Origin: Selaginella moellendorffii
Lineage: Eukaryota > Plantae > Lycopodiophyta
Length of the DNA: 64,000 nt
NCBI RefSeq assembly: GCF_000143415.4
Contig: NW_003314298.1
Span: 124,001-188,000, forward strand
Direction: 5' to 3'
The notes under the pieces are model-generated. The model saw only the letters and a list, made by a program, of their open reading frames with translations. It made no database searches and was not told the DNA's origin. Shown piece by piece: positions 25,486 to 38,704 of the stretch. Position numbers and translations under genes: made by a program. Position 1 is the first letter of the stretch, and every line of letters starts with the position of its first letter.

Positions 25486-25949
25486 ATGAGCAGTAGCAGC
25501 AGCAGCAGCATCAGCGGCAGCAGCAGCAGCAGCGATGAGACGGTGGTGCCGCTGCTGAGCGGCGGTGCTGGAGCTCGTCTCTACAGCTGCGCGAATTGCC
25601 GCTCCAACGTTGCGGATCACAGCGACGTCATCTCCACTGCCTTCCAGGTTCGCTTCTACAGCTCTTCGCTTGGAGAATTGGGATTTCTCTCCAATTCTCT
25701 CACGCTCCACTGTTCCGGCAGGGACGAAATGGCCGAGCATACCTACTGGGGGGCGTGGATAATGTAGTGGTCGGCCCAAGAGAGGACAGGCACCTCATGA
25801 CTGGATTGCATGCGGTGGCGGATATCTCCTGCGCGCACTGCCACGAGCTGCTGGGATGGAAATACGAGCGGGCCTACGAGCACTCGCAAAAATACAAGGA
25901 AGGCAAGTTCGTGCTGGAAAGATCAAAGATCATGAAGGACTGCTGGTAG
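25486..25949 (+). CDS. Yippee-like (YPEL) protein, 2 coding exons
   Basis: [14 protein letters not shown]|[52 protein letters not shown]; both CxxC pairs present. Confidence 0.95.
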
Positions 25950-26015
25950 AATAATTTAAATCATACACTGTCAATTACGAGAGATACCACCGCAATAAAT
26001 CGAAACCGATCTTCC

Positions 26016-27798
<1,783 letters not shown>

Positions 27799-27884
27799 CC
27801 GACCACTAAAACCCTGATTGGAAGAGAGGATGAACTGGGGCGGAGACCTTCCGTACGGCCGTACCGCCACTAGGACCGCTCTAG

Positions 27885-29708
27885 ATGCCCGTCTTGCCCG
27901 AGCGGCTCGAGGCGATTGCTCGATCGCTCCGGAGCTGCGGGGGCGCGCGCGATGTGGCCGAGGGCAAGCGGATCCACGCCGCCATCGCCGACGAGGGCCT
28001 CGCGCGCAATCGCTACCTCGCCAATCACCTCGTCGGGATGTACGCCAAGTGCGGGAGCCTGGATCTCGCGCAGCGCGTCTTCGACTCGATCGAGCAGCCG
28101 GACGTCTTCTCCTGGAACGTCCTCATCACCGCCGTCGCGCGGCTGCACAGCGACGGCATCCGCGCCGCCGCCCACCTCTTCTTCGGCGACAGGATGACAA
28201 ACAGGAACGTTGTGTCGTGGAATTCCATGCTCACCGCAAATGCCCAAACTGGGCAAATCTACCCCACGCTGGAGTTCTTCCACCGGATGCCGCAGTGGGA
28301 CGTGGTCTCCTGGAACACCATCGTCGTCACTTTCTCCGAGGCTGAGCTAGTCGACGAATCCAAGCGGATGTTCGATCGAATGCCCGCGCGCGACGAGGTG
28401 AGCTGGAACGGGATGCTCCAGTGCTATGCCCGGATAGGGCATCTGGAGATGGCAGCGCGGGTATTTGCCGTGATGCCGCACGTAAGCGTCATCGCGTCCA
28501 CCGCCATGGCGCACGCCTATGCATCGCAGGGCGATTTGGATCGCGCCCAAGCCGTGTTCCACGACATGCCCGACAAGAGCGTGGTGTCATGGACGATGAT
28601 GATCCACGCGCTGGCCGTCCGGGGCGAGCTCTACCGCGCTCTCGCCCTCTTCCACGACATGCCGCACAGGAACATCGTCTCCTGGGCGACCATGGTCCAG
28701 GCGATGGTGGACAGTGGCTACACCACCCAGGCTCTGGCGTGCTTCGCGCGGATGCCGCAGCTCAATGTGGTGGCGTGCACCGCGGTGATCGCCGCTCACG
28801 CCCAGCACGGCGACATCCACAGCGCCAAGCAGCTCTTCGATTCCCTGCCCGAGAGGGATGGCGTGGCGGTAGTCACCATGCTCGCCTCCTTCTCCCTCCA
28901 TGGCTATGTCGACCAGGCAAAGGAGATGTTCGATGGCATGGCGAAGAGAAACATCATTGCCTGGACTGCCATGCTCGCCGCCAGCTCCCGCCGCGGCGAT
29001 CCGCGCCAGGCCGAGCTCGTCTTTCATCTCATGCCGCAGTGGAACATGGTCTCCTGGAATGCGCTCGTCGCCGCCTTCGCACACAACGGCCATCTCGACG
29101 CCGCCAAGGCCATGTTTGACAAGCTCCCCGATCGAAACCTCATGTCGTGGAACGCCATGATCGCCGCCTACTCGCAGTATGGACGCTGCCGCGACGCGCT
29201 GCTCTTCTTCCGCTGCATGAACTGCGACGGCGGCGGCCAGCCCAACGCCATCACCTTCAGCAGCGTCTTGACGGCGTGCAGCCATGCCGGGCTTCTCCGC
29301 GAGAGCTGGCGGCACTTCACGTCCATGGTGGGCGACTTTGGGATCCAGCCGGTGAGGGAGCACTACTGCTGCATCGTGGACGTGCTCGGGCGATCCGGGG
29401 AGCTCAGCGATGCCGAGGACTTGATCCATAACATGCCGTTTCTCCCCACCGACATCACCTGGAGGACGTTCCTCAGCGCGTGCCGGACTCACCGCCAGGC
29501 CAGCGACGTCAAGGTGGCGGCCGAGAACATCGTGGAGATCGATCCCAGCAACGACGCCGCCTATCTCACGCTCGCAAACAGCTATGCCGCTGGTGCTACC
29601 GCTACCACTTCCACGGAAGAACCCGAAGAACAAGACAAGGAAACCAACTTAGATACTCGATTGAAACCAAAGAAGAATACAGACAACACGATTCATCTCC
29701 ATGGCTAG
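27885..29708 (+). CDS. PLS-class PPR protein with a long run of 31-aa SS-type repeats and an E domain, no DYW
   Basis: Intronless 607-aa ORF; repeated (F..MP..[DN]VVSWN.M...Y...G) units; [48 protein letters not shown]. Confidence 0.95.
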   Translation: MPVLPERLEAIARSLRSCGGARDVAEGKRIHAAIADEGLARNRYLANHLVGMYAKCGSLDLAQRVFDSIEQPDVFSWNVLITAVARLHSDGIRAAAHLFFGDRMTNRNVVSWNSMLTANAQTGQIYPTLEFFHRMPQWDVVSWNTIVVTFSEAELVDESKRMFDRMPARDEVSWNGMLQCYARIGHLEMAARVFAVMPHVSVIASTAMAHAYASQGDLDRAQAVFHDMPDKSVVSWTMMIHALAVRGELYRALALFHDMPHRNIVSWATMVQAMVDSGYTTQALACFARMPQLNVVACTAVIAAHAQHGDIHSAKQLFDSLPERDGVAVVTMLASFSLHGYVDQAKEMFDGMAKRNIIAWTAMLAASSRRGDPRQAELVFHLMPQWNMVSWNALVAAFAHNGHLDAAKAMFDKLPDRNLMSWNAMIAAYSQYGRCRDALLFFRCMNCDGGGQPNAITFSSVLTACSHAGLLRESWRHFTSMVGDFGIQPVREHYCCIVDVLGRSGELSDAEDLIHNMPFLPTDITWRTFLSACRTHRQASDVKVAAENIVEIDPSNDAAYLTLANSYAAGATATTSTEEPEEQDKETNLDTRLKPKKNTDNTIHLHG

Positions 29709-29771
29709 CATGGAAGCTAGCCACGAATCTCTCCGAGAAGCTTGCGAGCAAGCTTATTCAACGCGCTGGTT

Positions 29772-30215
29772 TCACGCGTTGGTCTTGTTGTGGAGGTAGC
29801 CACTGACGTTGGATCCAACCTCGCGGGCCTTCTCGGTGACTTGCGACGCCGTGTCCACAATGCGGTTCTTGGCAGCGTCCACCTGGTTAGCACCCACGGG
29901 GCGGCGTCCCTTGACATACTTGTACAGCCACGCCACCATCGCCACCACCGCGAGGAAGGAGACGAGACACCCAAGCACTACTGCGGCGGCGATGGCCAGC
30001 GGCACCAGCACCGGGCTAAACAAGATGAGCAGCGGCGACGCCACCAACAGCGCCACCATGGTTCCTCCCACCGCCGTCGTCCCCGCCACCATCACCGTCA
30101 CGATCCCAGCAAGAACTCCGCCGATTCGAAGCACGCGGCTCGACTCGGGAGACTTCTGCTTCAAGCGCTGAGCCACATTGGTGTTGGACGCTCCATCGAT
30201 CATCCTGCTCGCCAT
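29772..30215 (-). CDS. Oleosin
   Basis: 147 aa with a long central hydrophobic hairpin and proline knot PLLILFSPVLVP (PX5SPX3P), followed by WLYKYVKG..PVGA.QVD.AK.RI. Confidence 0.95.
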   Translation of the reverse strand: MASRMIDGASNTNVAQRLKQKSPESSRVLRIGGVLAGIVTVMVAGTTAVGGTMVALLVASPLLILFSPVLVPLAIAAAVVLGCLVSFLAVVAMVAWLYKYVKGRRPVGANQVDAAKNRIVDTASQVTEKAREVGSNVSGYLHNKTNA

Positions 30216-30353
30216 GGCCGACTCGAAAAGCTAATCACCCACGATCGATCGAACCGATGGAAGAAACTCCTCCCTCCCAAACTTCAAACACTCGGACGAA
30301 GGAGAGAGACGAAGACCAACACCACGATCGCTGATTGATTGCCGAGCTTGCTC

Positions 30354-30420
30354 TTTTTATAAAGCCATGTCGAGTGCCACGTGGTAGAAAACTGCCAGGC
30401 TGGAGATTCCCCTGCGTGGC
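30354..30420 (-). promoter_or_regulatory. Oleosin core promoter: TATA box and ABRE/G-box
   Basis: Minus strand has TATAAAAA at ~30354-30361 and CCACGTGGC (G-box CACGTG at 30378-30383) just upstream. ABREs are typical of oleosin promoters. Confidence 0.6.
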
Positions 30421-30477
30421 AGATCCCCTGATACGTCCAGATTCGCCCAAATTCAAAGAGATTCTTTACTCTCTTCT

Positions 30478-32706
30478 TTACTTGGCGCCACCGTCCGAGT
30501 AAATGTTGGAGAGGAGCATGGCGTGCGAGTGTGATTCCTCCACCACTCTCGGAGCTGCGCGCTTGGCCACAGCCAAATCGGCATGAATTCGGCAAGCGCC
30601 CAACAAAATCCGCCAAGGCGCTTGATCATCCATCGCAGCGGCCAAGCTCTCCGCGTCTTTCAATCGCCCAGCTCGTCCCAGCAGATCGACCACGCAATCG
30701 TAGTGCTCGCAGCTCGCCTGGATCCCATACTCGCCACCCGCCAGGCGAAAGCAGCAGCGCCCAGCGTCGATCAAGCCGCCGTGGTTGCATCCATGGAGGA
30801 TCGTTGTCACGGTTGCCTGGTCCGCGCAAAAGCCTTCCATGCTCATCCGGCGGAGCCACCACACCGCTTGCTCGCCTCGTCCGTGGCGAGCAAGCCCCGC
30901 GACGAGCGTCGTCCACGTCTGGACGTTCCGCTCCAGCATTCCATCGAAGACGAGCTTGGCAGCGTCGATGTTTCCACACTTGGCAAACATATCAATCAGG
31001 GACGTGCCAAGGACAGCGTCTCGCTCGAATCCCAGGCACGCCAGCATTTGCGAGTGGACTCGCCGGCCCTCCTCGGCAGCTCCCAGCTCCGCGCACACTC
31101 CAAGAATCGTGGAAAACGTAAACTTGTCCGGCAACACCTCACTCTCCAAGATCATCTCCTCGTAGAGCTGCAAAGCTCGCCAGTTCTTTCCCTGTTGCGC
31201 GTAGCCGGTCATGAGCGAGCTCCACGCCACCACGCTTTTCTCACGGATCTTCTCGAAAGCTGTCCACGCCTCGTCCAGTCTCCCGGACCTCGAGTACATG
31301 GCGATCAATGCTGCACCCACGGCGTTCTCCCGATCCAGCCCGGCGTCGCGAGCGAACGAATGGAGTGACTTGCCTCGATCGACGTGGTTTGTGCACACTC
31401 CAAGCGCGGCAGCAAAAGTCACGCCATCCGCCTTGGTGCCTTCGAGCGCCATCTCTCCAAACAGCTCGAGCACGTCGGCAGCAGCACTTGAATCAGCCTG
31501 CGCGATCGAGGCGATGACAAAGTTCCATGCCGCTACGCTCGCCACACATGTCTCCTTGAGCGCCACCATTGCTTCCTCGGGGCTCCCACACCGGATAAAC
31601 ATGTTGACGATCCCACCTCCAAGCTCCGCCGAGTTTGCTGCCAGCTTTCTCGACTTGATCCGCGAGTAGAGAGCTCTCCCCTGCTCTAGCGCTCCAACTA
31701 TCGAGCAAGCCTCCGCCACGGCGGTGAAGGTGCATACGTTTGGTTGCAATGACGACAGTGATCTCCTCGCAGACTCCTCCATGAGCTCGTAGATGGCGAT
31801 GGCCTCCCTGCTTTCGTCGTTGTGGACGTAAGATGCGATCAAGCATGTCCAGCTGATCACGTCCCTCTCGACCATCTCGTCAAAAACCATCTTTGCATCT
31901 CGCAAGCTCCCACACTTCCCATAGCAATCCATGAGAGAGTTTTGCACGGCGAGCATTGCCTGGAAGCCACTCGCCTGGATCCTTGCGTGGAACTCTCTAC
32001 ACTCGCGGACACTAGAGCAGGCCGAGAGAATGGTGGTGAGGCTGAATTGGTCGGGTTTGGTGCCTTCGTTGTCCATTCTCCACAAGAGCCGCAGAGCTTG
32101 ATCTTTCTCTCCACCCCGAATCGCTCCTGAGATGACAGCATTCCACGAAACGACGCTCCTGGAAGCCATACCATCAAAGACCGCCTTGGCATCAATCCAG
32201 CAGCCGTCGCAGCGAGAGAACATTGCGACCATGGCAGTCGCTACAAACTCATCGCTCCCAAATCCAGCGCCAACGATCCGGGAATGAATGGCGCGCGCCT
32301 GCAACGGATCCTCGAGGCCGGAGCAGGCCGCGACAACGCTGCTGAGAGTGAAGGAATTGGGCTGCATGCCTTCCAAATCCATGGCCTGGAAGAGTTGCAA
32401 TGCCTCTCGAAAATGCCCATTCTGCGCATATGCCGAGATGATGATGCTCCAGCTGAAAACATTCTTGCGCCATCCCAAAGCATCAAAAACCTGCCGCGCT
32501 TCCACCACGCTCCGGCATTTCCCATACATCTCCACCACCAAATTCTCCAGCAGTACCACGCCGCCGGCATCGACATCGGCCCCGCCAAGCTCTTGCAGGA
32601 TTTGCGCATGAACCATCCTGCCCTCCGCCAGCGCCCTGCGGTCCGAGCATTCTCGCAGCCGAGACGTGTAGTGACTGACGCAGCTCGATCGTGCTGCTGC
32701 TGCCAT
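30478..32706 (-). CDS. PLS-class PPR protein with an E domain, no DYW
   Basis: Intronless ORF, first ATG at 32706. P-L-S triplets (NVFSWSIIISAYAQNG, PNSFTLSSVVAAC, NSLMDCYGKCGSL); HYDCVVDLLGRAG, WRILLGACRIH, LLSNIYS. Confidence 0.95.
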   Translation of the reverse strand: MAAAARSSCVSHYTSRLRECSDRRALAEGRMVHAQILQELGGADVDAGGVVLLENLVVEMYGKCRSVVEARQVFDALGWRKNVFSWSIIISAYAQNGHFREALQLFQAMDLEGMQPNSFTLSSVVAACSGLEDPLQARAIHSRIVGAGFGSDEFVATAMVAMFSRCDGCWIDAKAVFDGMASRSVVSWNAVISGAIRGGEKDQALRLLWRMDNEGTKPDQFSLTTILSACSSVRECREFHARIQASGFQAMLAVQNSLMDCYGKCGSLRDAKMVFDEMVERDVISWTCLIASYVHNDESREAIAIYELMEESARRSLSSLQPNVCTFTAVAEACSIVGALEQGRALYSRIKSRKLAANSAELGGGIVNMFIRCGSPEEAMVALKETCVASVAAWNFVIASIAQADSSAAADVLELFGEMALEGTKADGVTFAAALGVCTNHVDRGKSLHSFARDAGLDRENAVGAALIAMYSRSGRLDEAWTAFEKIREKSVVAWSSLMTGYAQQGKNWRALQLYEEMILESEVLPDKFTFSTILGVCAELGAAEEGRRVHSQMLACLGFERDAVLGTSLIDMFAKCGNIDAAKLVFDGMLERNVQTWTTLVAGLARHGRGEQAVWWLRRMSMEGFCADQATVTTILHGCNHGGLIDAGRCCFRLAGGEYGIQASCEHYDCVVDLLGRAGRLKDAESLAAAMDDQAPWRILLGACRIHADLAVAKRAAPRVVEESHSHAMLLSNIYSDGGAK

Positions 32707-33311
32707 CGCCTCCAATCATCTCTCCAAATCTGGATAACAATAAACTTGGTCTCAAAAGGAAGGCCTTATATCGTTCCGGGTCGCCAAGAACCGTAAAACA
32801 CGCCTGTCAACGGTCAAAGACATCAAAGTGTATGGCAATCTCTTTGGTGGTTCTTCTGATAACATTTTGTATGAATTTGTCCTACTAAACCGTAATTTAA
32901 ACAATTATTACTTGAACAAAATACAAAATATACAAAATACAAAATGTCTATGAACAAGGTATCCATGTCTTAGCTTGATGTTCAAGAGCTTGCTGAGGGT
33001 AATGGTCGCCAGCAAGAATTCTCCAAGCCAGACATGCTGTGCCGGAACTCCTATAATATACTCTAAAGGGAGTAGAGCATTCTTTTCCAGTAGCGCTGAA
33101 TCATCGATCCAGCTCTCTATATGTTGATCACCTCCCGGCTCAAGCTTTAAACGCCACCCCAGAACGCTCGGCAACTTATCACTCCACCCCCCAAAGCTTC
33201 TTTCCCTCGTCGACAACCGCCGGCAGTTCTAAACTCTGGCAAGGTCTGCTGGCGAAACAATTCCGTAGGGTTCTTGCGCTGGAGAGGTAGGGCTCCTAGA
33301 GGCGAAGAAGA

Positions 33312-34772
33312 ATGAGGGATTCTCAACGAATGGCACTGAAACGCAGTGACCGCGTCCGAATCAATGTTGGCGGCACCCCATTCATCACCAGCAGCACTAC
33401 AATTGCCAATGCCGGCGCCGATTCGATGCTGTGCAGCCTCCTGAACGAGAATTGGGAGCCCGCCACAAGAGATCCACAGCGACACGAGCAGGACGAGATC
33501 TTCATCGACCGGGATCCGGCACTCTTCGCCGTGCTGCTCGATCTCCTGCGAACAGGGGAGCTCCGTACACCGCACGGCATACCGCACGGTATGCTCGTCC
33601 GCGAGGCGGTCTTCTACGGCATTGACCGCCACGTCAAGGCCGCGTCGTGGGGCAGCCCGCTCGACGGCAACCGCGTCCGGTGCCGCGCGTCGGTACGGGG
33701 CCGTGCAACCACGGACGCCGTGGCGATCCGCGCGTCACCTGGCGGTGGCTGCGGCGTGGCGCACGGACCCATGATCCATGTCTACGACTGGTCTCTCGAG
33801 GAGCTCCCTCCAGTGACGCTGGATTTCATGAGCGTCAACGATTTCGGGTTCCTCCCCAGGAATCCCTTGCGGATGGTGGTGTGCGCGGCGGACAGGGGCG
33901 ACATCGGGGGCCTGGGCTGCGTGAATGCCGCCACTGGCAAGCTGATCCAGCGGATGAAGCTGGAGCTGGACGATTCTAGCCGGAGTTTCATGGCGCTGGC
34001 GTGCGCCAGCAGCGATTGCGAGGTGTTTGCCAGCAGCAGGATGCGTGGCGTGGGGATCTGGGACCAGGAGTCCGGCAGGAATGTAGGGTTCGTGACGTCG
34101 GGAGAGGGCGGCGGTGGATCCAAGCTCCAGTGGCTGCCATCCAGCAATCTCCTGCTGGTGGCGTCCATGTTTCCTCACAGCGATCACTGCTTCCTCACGC
34201 TGCTGGATCGCCGGCAGAGGACCAAGGCGTGGGAGTGGAGCGATTGCGAGATGCGAAGCCAGCCCCTCATCATGGACGCGGTGGCGATCCAGAACAGGAA
34301 CATGATTTGCGTGGTGGATCAATCGGACGAGCTGGGCTTCATCGATACGAGGATGGGCGGTGGTGGCGGGGGTGGTAGCGGCGCCGCTTTCGCCCCGGCG
34401 TGCTGGAGCCACATGTTCCAGCGGCTCAAGCGGTCCGAGATGGAAGAGCATCTGTATTCCAAGCTCCGGATCAACGCCAGCGATCCCAGCTCAGAGAATT
34501 TGCAGCTCTTTTCGACACGGGAGGAGGCGGTGCTGGTGCATTCGTGCTCGGCGGTAGCGCTGTCGTCCGCCGCCTCCGCGAGCTGCTCGCTGCTGCCCGC
34601 CACCGCCAGGCTCAGTGTCAGTGGCGGAGGAGGAGGCGGCGGCAGTGGCGGCATCGCGGACATTGACGTTGGTGGCGACAGATTGTTTGTGCTCCACAGC
34701 GACGAGAATTTGTTCGATGTGTGGGAGAGCCCTCCGTTGCTCTCCTCCTCCTCATCCAAAATTCTTCTCTAG
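33312..34772 (+). CDS. BTB/POZ (KCTD-type) protein with a C-terminal propeller-like region
   Basis: RVRINVGG..FITSSTTI, IFIDRDPALFAVLLDLLRTG, EAVFYGI, then DGNRVR..AIRA..AHGPMIHVYDW and IDVGGDRLFVLH..FDVWE. Intronless, 486 aa. Confidence 0.9.
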   Translation: MRDSQRMALKRSDRVRINVGGTPFITSSTTIANAGADSMLCSLLNENWEPATRDPQRHEQDEIFIDRDPALFAVLLDLLRTGELRTPHGIPHGMLVREAVFYGIDRHVKAASWGSPLDGNRVRCRASVRGRATTDAVAIRASPGGGCGVAHGPMIHVYDWSLEELPPVTLDFMSVNDFGFLPRNPLRMVVCAADRGDIGGLGCVNAATGKLIQRMKLELDDSSRSFMALACASSDCEVFASSRMRGVGIWDQESGRNVGFVTSGEGGGGSKLQWLPSSNLLLVASMFPHSDHCFLTLLDRRQRTKAWEWSDCEMRSQPLIMDAVAIQNRNMICVVDQSDELGFIDTRMGGGGGGGSGAAFAPACWSHMFQRLKRSEMEEHLYSKLRINASDPSSENLQLFSTREEAVLVHSCSAVALSSAASASCSLLPATARLSVSGGGGGGGSGGIADIDVGGDRLFVLHSDENLFDVWESPPLLSSSSSKILL

Positions 34773-34799
34773 CATTGCTCTATTCACAGAAGATAACTC

Positions 34800-35130
34800 C
34801 ACCCATTCGCGTTGGAGTGTTAGAATGACTTCTCGTAGGAAGCTAGCGAACTTTCTGGAGTCATTCCTCGAGCATCGGTAAGATGCCCATTTCGAGCGTA
34901 AAGTGCCAACATACTTGTCCAAGACACGGCGTTCCTCTCTATGGTAGAGTCGAAAATTCCCCTAGCCTCTGGCAGATGCCCTTGCGTGGAATATATTCGA
35001 TGAGATTATCCTCAAGAGTTCTTCTGGCATCAACTGGATTCTCTGATGCGGAAAGCAGCGTCTGAGTGACGCTCCTTCATATAATCAAAGAGAGATTTTG
35101 CCTTGTGGTAGGCCGGCACTCCATGGGCAA
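34800..35130 (-). pseudogene. PPR gene fragment
   Basis: HKAKSLFDYMKER and IYSTQGHLPEARGIFDSTIERNAVSWTSMLALYARNGHLTDAR, separated by stops or frame breaks. Confidence 0.7.
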
Positions 35131-35989
35131 GACAGGGAAATGGAGGAGATTCGGGCGATACAAGACATGGACTAACTTGAAAGTTGGGCTTACAGAAGCT
35201 TCTCACTGTGATTGATGACTGGCAATCCGAAGACACTGATACAGAGCACACAAAAGATGAAAAGATGGATACATGACAAGAAGGTATGAAAGGAACTTGT
35301 TTGTTTTCTTCTAAAACACGGTTTGAACTGCGATTGTTCAAGGACAGGTTTGTGGTGGACGGACCATCAACGGGCAGAGCTTGCGACGTGGATGGGAATG
35401 TCGACACTGCCCAAAGCTGTGACCGGCTGGAAGCAGTACAAGGGAATAAAGCGGAATATAGGACGAGCATTGCTGAAACAAGCTCTGGAGTGAGTTTCTC
35501 ACGGAGAAGCTGCGGAGAATGAGCCGCCCCCTGATCTTCAACGGGGAAGTTATAGTGTGCTTTTATACGGACGATAAAGGTACCGTCGTATTTGGAGGGA
35601 GGCAAGAAATCTATGGGATCACCGTTGGAAGGAGGTTGTAGACAATCTCAGCCACATCAACGTCTTTCTTAACGATGACTGCAGGGCTCACAGCTTAACT
35701 TGGCACGCATCGCTTGTGATCGACCTGATGAAACGGGTAGATTCAAAGGCTGAACCTTTACTGTTAGAACGCCAAGCTATTTCTGAAGTGATGGACTCTT
35801 ACTTTGAGGGGACGAGGAATTCCAAGCCGCTCCTGAATTCTTCCTTGGCTCCTCTTCAGTGGGAGCTGTGAGCGGGTCGTCATCTTCGGTGGGAGCTCTC
35901 CCGGTGTCTCCCCTCGTTCCCCCACCGGTGATTCAGCCTCCAGCTCGACCTGAACCAAGGAATCTCGTCCCTTCTTTCTCACTTGGACA

Positions 35990-36700
35990 AACATGCAGAA
36001 AAGCAGTTTCCAGTAAATAGTTCTCGCCCGTGGATTCTTAGCTCTGAGAACCGGAGAAACTATTTCCGACACGTCCAAGAACTTCCATGCTGTTGAGAAG
36101 CGAGACTCGATGCGTTTTTAAACGGTCCAAGTCTTCTTTGGCTTTGTGACTCGAGAAACGTACTTTCGTCCGTGTTGGATCGGCAAGCCAAGGATCATTG
36201 ATGACAGAGCCGCTCGGGCTCGTAGTTTCACGAGGAAAAATAAAAAATCTGAGTCAATACAAACCAGAACCAGAGCCGTGCAAGTCCTGTACTTGCTTCC
36301 TCGAACTTCATTCTCTCTTCTTCTTGTCAAGCTTCTTTCAGTCGAGCTTCTTCTTCTTTCCTTTCTAACTCCTCAGCTTCAGCCAGCCAGAACTGGAGAG
36401 TGGTCCTGCTCCTCATAATCGTCTGAACGAGTTATTTTCCCCGTGGACGTTTTCTCAGCTACCATGCTGTGAGCGCCCACATCTCCACTTTAAGCGGCCA
36501 TAACCTGTGTCTCGGGGCTTTGCGATTAAAACTAGCGTTTCTCCGGGCATTTCTTCTTCCACCATTTCCATTGGAGCTTCTTGCACAGCGTTGAATGAAA
36601 CATACTCCGTCATATCCGTTTGTACTTCCGGATTCTGAGCAGTAAACCGAGGAGCTTCTCTAAACCGAGGCTCGTATATCCTCGATTCCGGGATTATCAG
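35990..36700 (-). pseudogene. Fragment of a SAC3/GANP-family (SAC3B-like) gene, C-terminal region
   Basis: KLRARAALSSMILGLPIQ..WKFLDVSEIVSPVLRAKNPRARTIYWKLLFC resembles the AAL.SL.LGPP..W..L.VS.VI...L...NP....WK...C region of plant SAC3B; interrupted by stops. Confidence 0.5.
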
Positions 36701-36704
36701 CAAA

Positions 36705-38610
36705 ATTGAATGGAAATTCCGCAGGTTCGTACATAGTTTTTGGCTATACTTTCTTACAAAATTCTGCTCTTATCCAGGACAACCACGAAGGCATCTTTTG
36801 ACGAAGGATGGAGTGTGTTTGTAAGCCAGAAGAAGGTTGTGGCTGGCGATACCGTTCTTTTGTCAGGTGAGCTACTGATTTTTTCTGTTTTTCATACCGT
36901 ATTACAATATTACATAACACGTAGGGGAGATAATGGTGAGTTGAGAATCGGGAGTAGGTGTGCTGTGTGCACGCAGGGCAGTCTCACTTCGTCTGCGCTA
37001 CTGTCTAGCCACAGTATGCAAATTGGAGTCCTGGCTGCTGCTGCTCATGCTGTATTCACGAAGACCATGTTCACCGTGTTCTATAATCCTCGGTTTGACA
37101 TTCTTTGGATTTAACACGGCAAAGTGGTGTTCTTCAGGGCTAGTCCAGCTGAATTTGTCATTCCATCCCACAAGTACTGAAATCATTCAAGATGAACATT
37201 TTGATTGGTATGCGCTTTCAAAATGAGATTTGAGACTGAGGATTCGTCGGAAAGAAGGTAAATCGTTTTGAAGTGAATTTCTTGTTTTGTCTACAGTGCT
37301 CGGTAGTGTCAGATATATGGGAACTATTACTGAAATTGGCGATAACCATCCCAGACTCTAACTGGCGCTTCCTAAGTTCCTAAAGGTAAAGAGTCTCGTC
37401 TTCAAGTGACGCATTTTTCAGCTTCTTCCTTTCTTATATAAGGTCGGTTGGGACGAGCACGCGGCTAGTGAAAGACAGGAGAGGTTGTCACGAAAGCCAT
37501 TTGTTGCTCCCAATGTGACTCCCACAGACATAAGTACATCTCGATGCACTTTTAATTCAATCAGGTGCCAGTCGAAAGTCATACGACAATCTTCTTACAG
37601 GCCAGCTGTAATTTGCAAACCTCTCACAAGTACGAAGCTGACGATTCTCCTGAAGTTTCCTACAGCTCTCTATTCCGAGGCTAAGATAACTCCAAGTGCT
37701 ACTGAGGGTCATAGTGCTCCCGGTTTTCCTTCTGGATTGCCAAGCCCCGGAAAGGAGGGGCTACCATCTCATAGTAAAGTCGATTTATGGCAGCTTACGC
37801 TTTGGGGTCAGCAGTTTCGAGAGCAGAAGGTTCCTCCACAGTTCGAGAGACCGCAGCAGCCTTCTCCAACCAGCAACTTCGCTTATTGGCAAGTAGCATT
37901 AAGTTGCCCAGTATACTTGCAGCAACATACAACAGACAAGTCTTTTCTTAAGCTTCTCATGTCGCCTATGCTGTCCTCGCCGTAACACGCAGTAAGTAAA
38001 TCACTTCTTACTACTCTTTTGTGTTCTTTCAGAAGTTGAGGAGCCCCTTGCGAGAGGTAATGCAAACGATTTTGACTGCGAGTGCAAACTATTTGGTTTC
38101 TCGTTGAAACCAAAGACAGCTTTGGCCAGCACCGCCAAAGACGACGTCGATAAAGATCTCGAGTTGGAAGCTTCCGGCTTCAGGTACTGGCCAGAACAGC
38201 AGCAACAACAGCAACCAAGCAGGACGTGCACCAAAGTAAGATCTCATTCTTTATCTGAAGCGCCAGACTCAGAATCTCTTCTACTTTTCAAAGGTTCGAG
38301 CTTTGGAATTGTCCAAGTTTCTGGGACACACGCAACTCCTGGAGGGCTGCAGCATCTGTTTGCATTGACGAGAACCTGAACGGGTCCGAGTGGCAAGCTG
38401 TGTACATAGGTAACGAAGGCGACAACCTGGGAGTAAGATCTCGTATGTGCATTTCATGGTGTGTTTGTTAAGAGTTTTTACATTTCAGGGAGTTTTCACG
38501 ATGATACGGATCCTATCGCCAGCTGAGATCCAGAAGCTTACTGTGCAGGCACGCAACAGCAGCACAGAAGAGCCATCCAGCAGGCTGTCCGATCAGCGAC
38601 GAGTAATTAA
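36705..38610 (+). pseudogene. ARF: Auxin response factor pseudogene, 5'-truncated, introns retained
   Basis: EWKFR | GQPRRHLLT (frameshift) [15 protein letters not shown] | [33 protein letters not shown] | RASPAEFVIP..MRFETEDSSERR | YMGTIT.. | VGWDE; C-terminal RTCTKV and WQAVY..NEGD (PB1). Several frameshifts and stops. Confidence 0.9.
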
Positions 38611-38704
38611 GTAGCTCGTGGACTAAACATAGTGGTACTTAGCCCAAGTTTAGGGTTCATCGTTGATGAAGAGACAGAGATTTGCTGGGGACAAGAAACG
38701 AGCT

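Noticed and set aside
27916-34759. Long overlapping or antisense ORFs over the PPR, oleosin and BTB genes
   Set aside because: Expected shadows of GC-rich coding sequence; no recognisable motifs.
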